NCBI GenBank assembly: GCA_010909165.1
Contig: MU008167.1
Location: 248,001-312,000, forward strand
Length of the DNA: 64,000 bases
Direction of reading: 5' to 3'
DNA from: Anthoceros angustus
Lineage: Eukaryota; Plantae; Anthocerotophyta
The notes beneath the pieces were generated by a model. That model was not told where the DNA came from and made no database searches. It saw only the letters and a list, made by a program, of their open reading frames with translations. Shown here piece after piece: positions 60,169 through 64,000 of the stretch. A program made the translations under genes and the position numbers. The number at the start of each line of letters is the position of its first letter. The stretch's first letter is position 1.

Positions 60169-60786
60169 TCAACCAAAAGAACACGAGAAGCAGGAATTGA
60201 AAAAAAAAGTGATCATGTCACTATCATCAAATGATGAATAATCAGAATCAGCTATGGAAGGGGGAGGATGGACATGTCCAGTAGCTCGCACTGAAGGAGA
60301 AAATAGGTGAGACTCATTAAAAGTAATACTTCGTTTATATATGAGCTTCCTGATAAAAGGATCAAATAACTTGTAACCCTTAATGCCTTCCGTATAGCCA
60401 ATAAAAATATAGTTGGCAGCCCTAAGATCTAGCTTCTTACGTTGTGATGTAGGAATAAACATGTAAGCAGGAGACCCAAAAATTCGAAGATAATCCGATA
60501 GAAGGCTTTTTACCTGTGTTTAAAGGCTTCATATGGAGTCATATCTTGAACAGCTGATGTAGGTAATCTATTGAGGAGATAGGTGGCTGTAAGAATAGTT
60601 TTTGCCCAATAAACTTTTGATAAGTGTGCTTGGGATAATAAACAGCTTGTAATCTCTTGTAGGCGTAAATTCTTATTTTTCGCTACGCCATTTTGTTGAG
60701 GAGTGTTGACAACAGTAAGTTGTTGTGCTATGCCTTTAGCTCTACAAAAATCAATAAATCCATGTGAGGTAAACCCTCCTTCAATG
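60169..60786 (-). mobile_element. Ty1/Copia integrase fragment
   Basis: NTPQQNGVA, FWAKTILTATYLLNRLP and RKKLD....IFIGY...KGYKLFDP....F.E. Confidence 0.9.
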
Positions 60787-61299
60787 TTTATCTGCTACCA
60801 TTGAAGGAGGGTTTAGAGATAGAGCCACAAATGTCTATATGAACAAGCTCGAGAAGGGATGAGATGACTACTCTCGCTTCGTCTTGACCCCTACCCTTTG
60901 TGGAGAGATGTTCTTAAAAGGAGCTTGATGTCTTTTGGTTAAGACACAAACTTCACACTAAGGGAGGGGTTAATTTTGGAGAGACAGGGAGTTCTATAAA
61001 ACTTTCCCTTAGACATTTGGAGCAATTTTTGGCTATGTGGGTGACCTAGACGATAATACCAAAGCATGTTATGTGATGGTGTGACAGAATCTTGGGACGC
61101 TACATTGATGGAATGTGTGGGACCCGCTTAGACTGACAACTTATATAGTCCATCTTCTAGTGTGCTTGTGCAGATGGTGAGGCCAACATAAGTAATGAAG
61201 CAGCTTTATGCATAGAGTGTAATTTGCATTGTATGTTCTAGACATAAACTAGCAGTAGACACCGGGTTTTTACACATGGAGGACGTGGTCTGAGAGAAG

Positions 61300-63960
61300 A
61301 AGTTGACCTGAATCGCATTTGAGAACAACATGACTGACTCTAGCTATGGGGAGGTTGTGGTCGTCGCCCAAGAGAACAGACTTGTGGGTATCTAGAGCCA
61401 ACTGAGTCTTAGCATACCGCATCCGCTTTTGCTAATGACATGACAATGCTGTTAGATGGTTCAGAAGAATTCTTTAAAGCGGCTCTGGCTTTTCTCACAG
61501 ACTTTTGCTTTCTTTCAGGACTAGACCTTAATTGGGAGAAAGGAGCTATCATCGCTTTCAACTTGGGTCCTTTACCCAGCTGCGTCTCACACATACCGGT
61601 CATCTAGCCTGGTCAGTTTTTCAAGAACTTGAGAGTCCCGTTTGGCATTACAAGAGAAAATGCTGAGATTGGTAGGAAACTGATCGCCAAATTCATTTTG
61701 GAAAGCAGCTGCTATGCAGCTATCCAAGTTCTCTATTGCTGCTCAGGTTTTGGCCATCAACTATATTCTTGTTTCATCTCTGTGGTACTTCCTCTTGGTC
61801 TGGGAACCATCAAAGGCAGATTTTGCAAAATTGGAAGAAGTGATTTAGAATTTCTTGTGGAACCAACTAGTAGATTTAGGATCGAAATGTAAGCGCGTTG
61901 CCTAGAAGCATATGATTCAGCCGTGCTGGAAGGTAGCCTCGGTTTAGTCAATCCCTGGCTAAAGGCCATCCCACTCCATGGGCAATGGGTCGTTAAAGCA
62001 TTATCTACGGGTCAGTACCCTTCGAAATCCCGAGTGCTTCCCAAGTTACAAACAGTTTCCTACTCCAAATCTGGCCTTTGACATTCTACCTTCAACTCTC
62101 CCCAAATCCCCACCTTGGCTAAATCCGGAACTCTACTTTGTTCTCAACCATTTAGAAGGATTGGAAATCTTTACGCCCCTTGTTGCAATGGAAGTCCCCG
62201 CAAATTAAACACGAGAGCATGCATGGCACAACTCCCTCTCTTATGCGTGGTCAACCTTTGACGACCCTTTTTTGCTACTAAAGTCCAAGCCTCCACCTTG
62301 GTTCGTACGGTGACTTTGCAAGGTCTTCATCATATCGGCCAGGTATGGATTGGGAACACCAAACTTGGAAATTGGTAACCATCCTTCAGAATGAGTTTAA
62401 CATCTCTCGCAGATGCGCCAACAAGCTTGTCGACTGGTTGCCATCTGCTCTGGCCTTTGATCTTCGCCCTTGTTTGGCCTGGCCTGTGGAGATCAAGGTG
62501 GGTGCTGGTACATTTCAAACTCCATGTTGTCCCAGGACGGGCCGCCACGTCTGCCAAGAGCCTTAATGTTTTGTGAAGTTCTAGGTGCTCTAGCGCAGGC
62601 ATAAGAATTCTTACCAATTTTTGGCCGTCTCAACATGGCCAGCTTCAAGCTACAGGTTTTGTGGCAATCCCTTGCAATTTCTTCCAACCAACAACAGTTC
62701 TCATTCAAACTCGATCTGAGGCTGATGGGCGGTCCTCAATGAGTTCAAGGAGTTGCCCCCCCGCGAGAAGTGTACCCTCTTCTGGTGGGAAAGGGTCCCG
62801 ACCCAACAGCTGCAGCTTTCCCCGGATCAATGGTGGTGGCCCACAGGAAAGAAGTTGCTGGCTAGCATATCTTCATTCAACTTCTAAACGGTATGTTTGT
62901 ACCGGAGGCTTGTTTGCAGACATAGGCTGAAGCAGCGCCTGCGCTTCGCTCCACGTCTTCAATTGAGGCCACCCAGATAGAAACGCGCCTTGGAAATTCT
63001 ATGGAAATCCAAAGCTTCCCAAGTTACAAGCGGTTTATACCAAATCGGCCTTTGACATTCTACCTTCAACTCTCCCAAATCCCCACCTTGGCTAAATCCG
63101 AACTCTACTTTGTTCTCAACCATTTAGAAGGATTGGAAATCTTCGCCTTGTTGCAATGGAAGTCCCATAAATTAAACACGAGCATGCATGGCTCCCTCTC
63201 TTATCGTGGTCAACCTTTGACGACCCTTTTTACTAAAGTCCAAGCCTCCACCTTGGTTCGTACGGTGACTTTGCAAGGTCTTCATCATATCGGCCAGGTA
63301 TGGATTGGGAACACCAAACTTGGAAATTGGTAACCATCCTTCAGAATGAGTTTAACATCTCTCGCAGATGCGCCAACAAGCTTATATTGGTTACCGCTTC
63401 GGCTTCTGATCTTCGCCCTTGTTTGGCTTTGCTGTGGAGATCAAGGTGGTCTTGGTTTCAAACTCCATGTTGTCCCAGGACGGGCCGCCACGTCTGCCAA
63501 GAGCCTTAATGTTTTGTGAAGTTCTAGGTGCTCTAGCGCAGGCATAAGAATTCTTACCAATTTTGGCCGTCTCAACATGGCTGACTTGCTTCAGTTTTGT
63601 GGCAATCCCTTGCAATTTCTTCCAACCAACAACAGTTCTCATTCAAACTCGATCTGAGGCTGATGGGCGGTCCTCAATGAGTTCAAGGAGTTGCCCCCCC
63701 GCGAGAAGTGTACCCTCTTCCGGTGGGAAAGGGTCCCGACCCCAATTTGCAGCTTTCCCGGATCAATGGTGGTGGCCACAGGGAAAGAAGTTGCTGGCTA
63801 GCATATCTTCATTCAACTTCTAAACGGTATGTTTTGTCTGGGAGGCTTGTTTGAGACATAGGCTGGCTTCGCTGGCGCTCCACGTCTTCAATTGAGGCCA
63901 CCCAGATAGAAACGCGCCTTGGAAATTCTATGGAAATCCAAAGCTATCCAGCCTAAAGTT
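61300..63960 (+). mobile_element. L1-type LINE ORF2 relic; 3' part tandemly duplicated (about 62025-63000 / 63005-63945)
   Basis: FANDMTMLL...F..FC.LSGL.LNWEK resembles the RT YADD...SGL..N..K region. The ~0.95 kb duplication is directly visible. Confidence 0.7.
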
Positions 63961-64000
63961 CGCTTCACAGTTAGGGCTATGTGGCAGACCGCTGTGCCGA

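Overview
This is eukaryotic plant nuclear DNA, most likely from an early-diverging land plant such as a hornwort. That assignment is inferred from PLS-class PPR genes carrying the 'PGQSWW' (WW-type) PG box. The left third is a PPR RNA-editing-factor cluster: two open, intronless PLS-E genes with degenerate DYW tails (about 1.0-6.3 kb and 7.1-10.0 kb), an inverted relic lacking its PPR array between them, and a third, frameshifted copy at 15.0-17.1 kb. A roughly 5 kb accessory insert (10.2-15.0 kb) contains a small membrane-protein ORF with a TATA box and heat-shock-element-like motifs, plus a nearby 72-bp-arm fold-back built from that ORF's own coding sequence. Next come tRNA-Arg(UCG), a 7-exon acyl-ACP thioesterase, a PADRE/DUF4228 gene and an atypical homeobox gene with a long repeat N-terminus. 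The right half is nested transposons. A Ty3/Gypsy element (29126-58741, TATAG target-site duplication, TSD) has its 5' LTR interrupted by a 15.7 kb CACTA-type element with CCCTA ends (29476-45170, AGT TSD) carrying transposase and Ulp1-like relics. Copia and L1 fragments follow. The repeat regions are dense in small indels that may be partly assembly error. All calls are from reading the sequence by eye; no searches were run.
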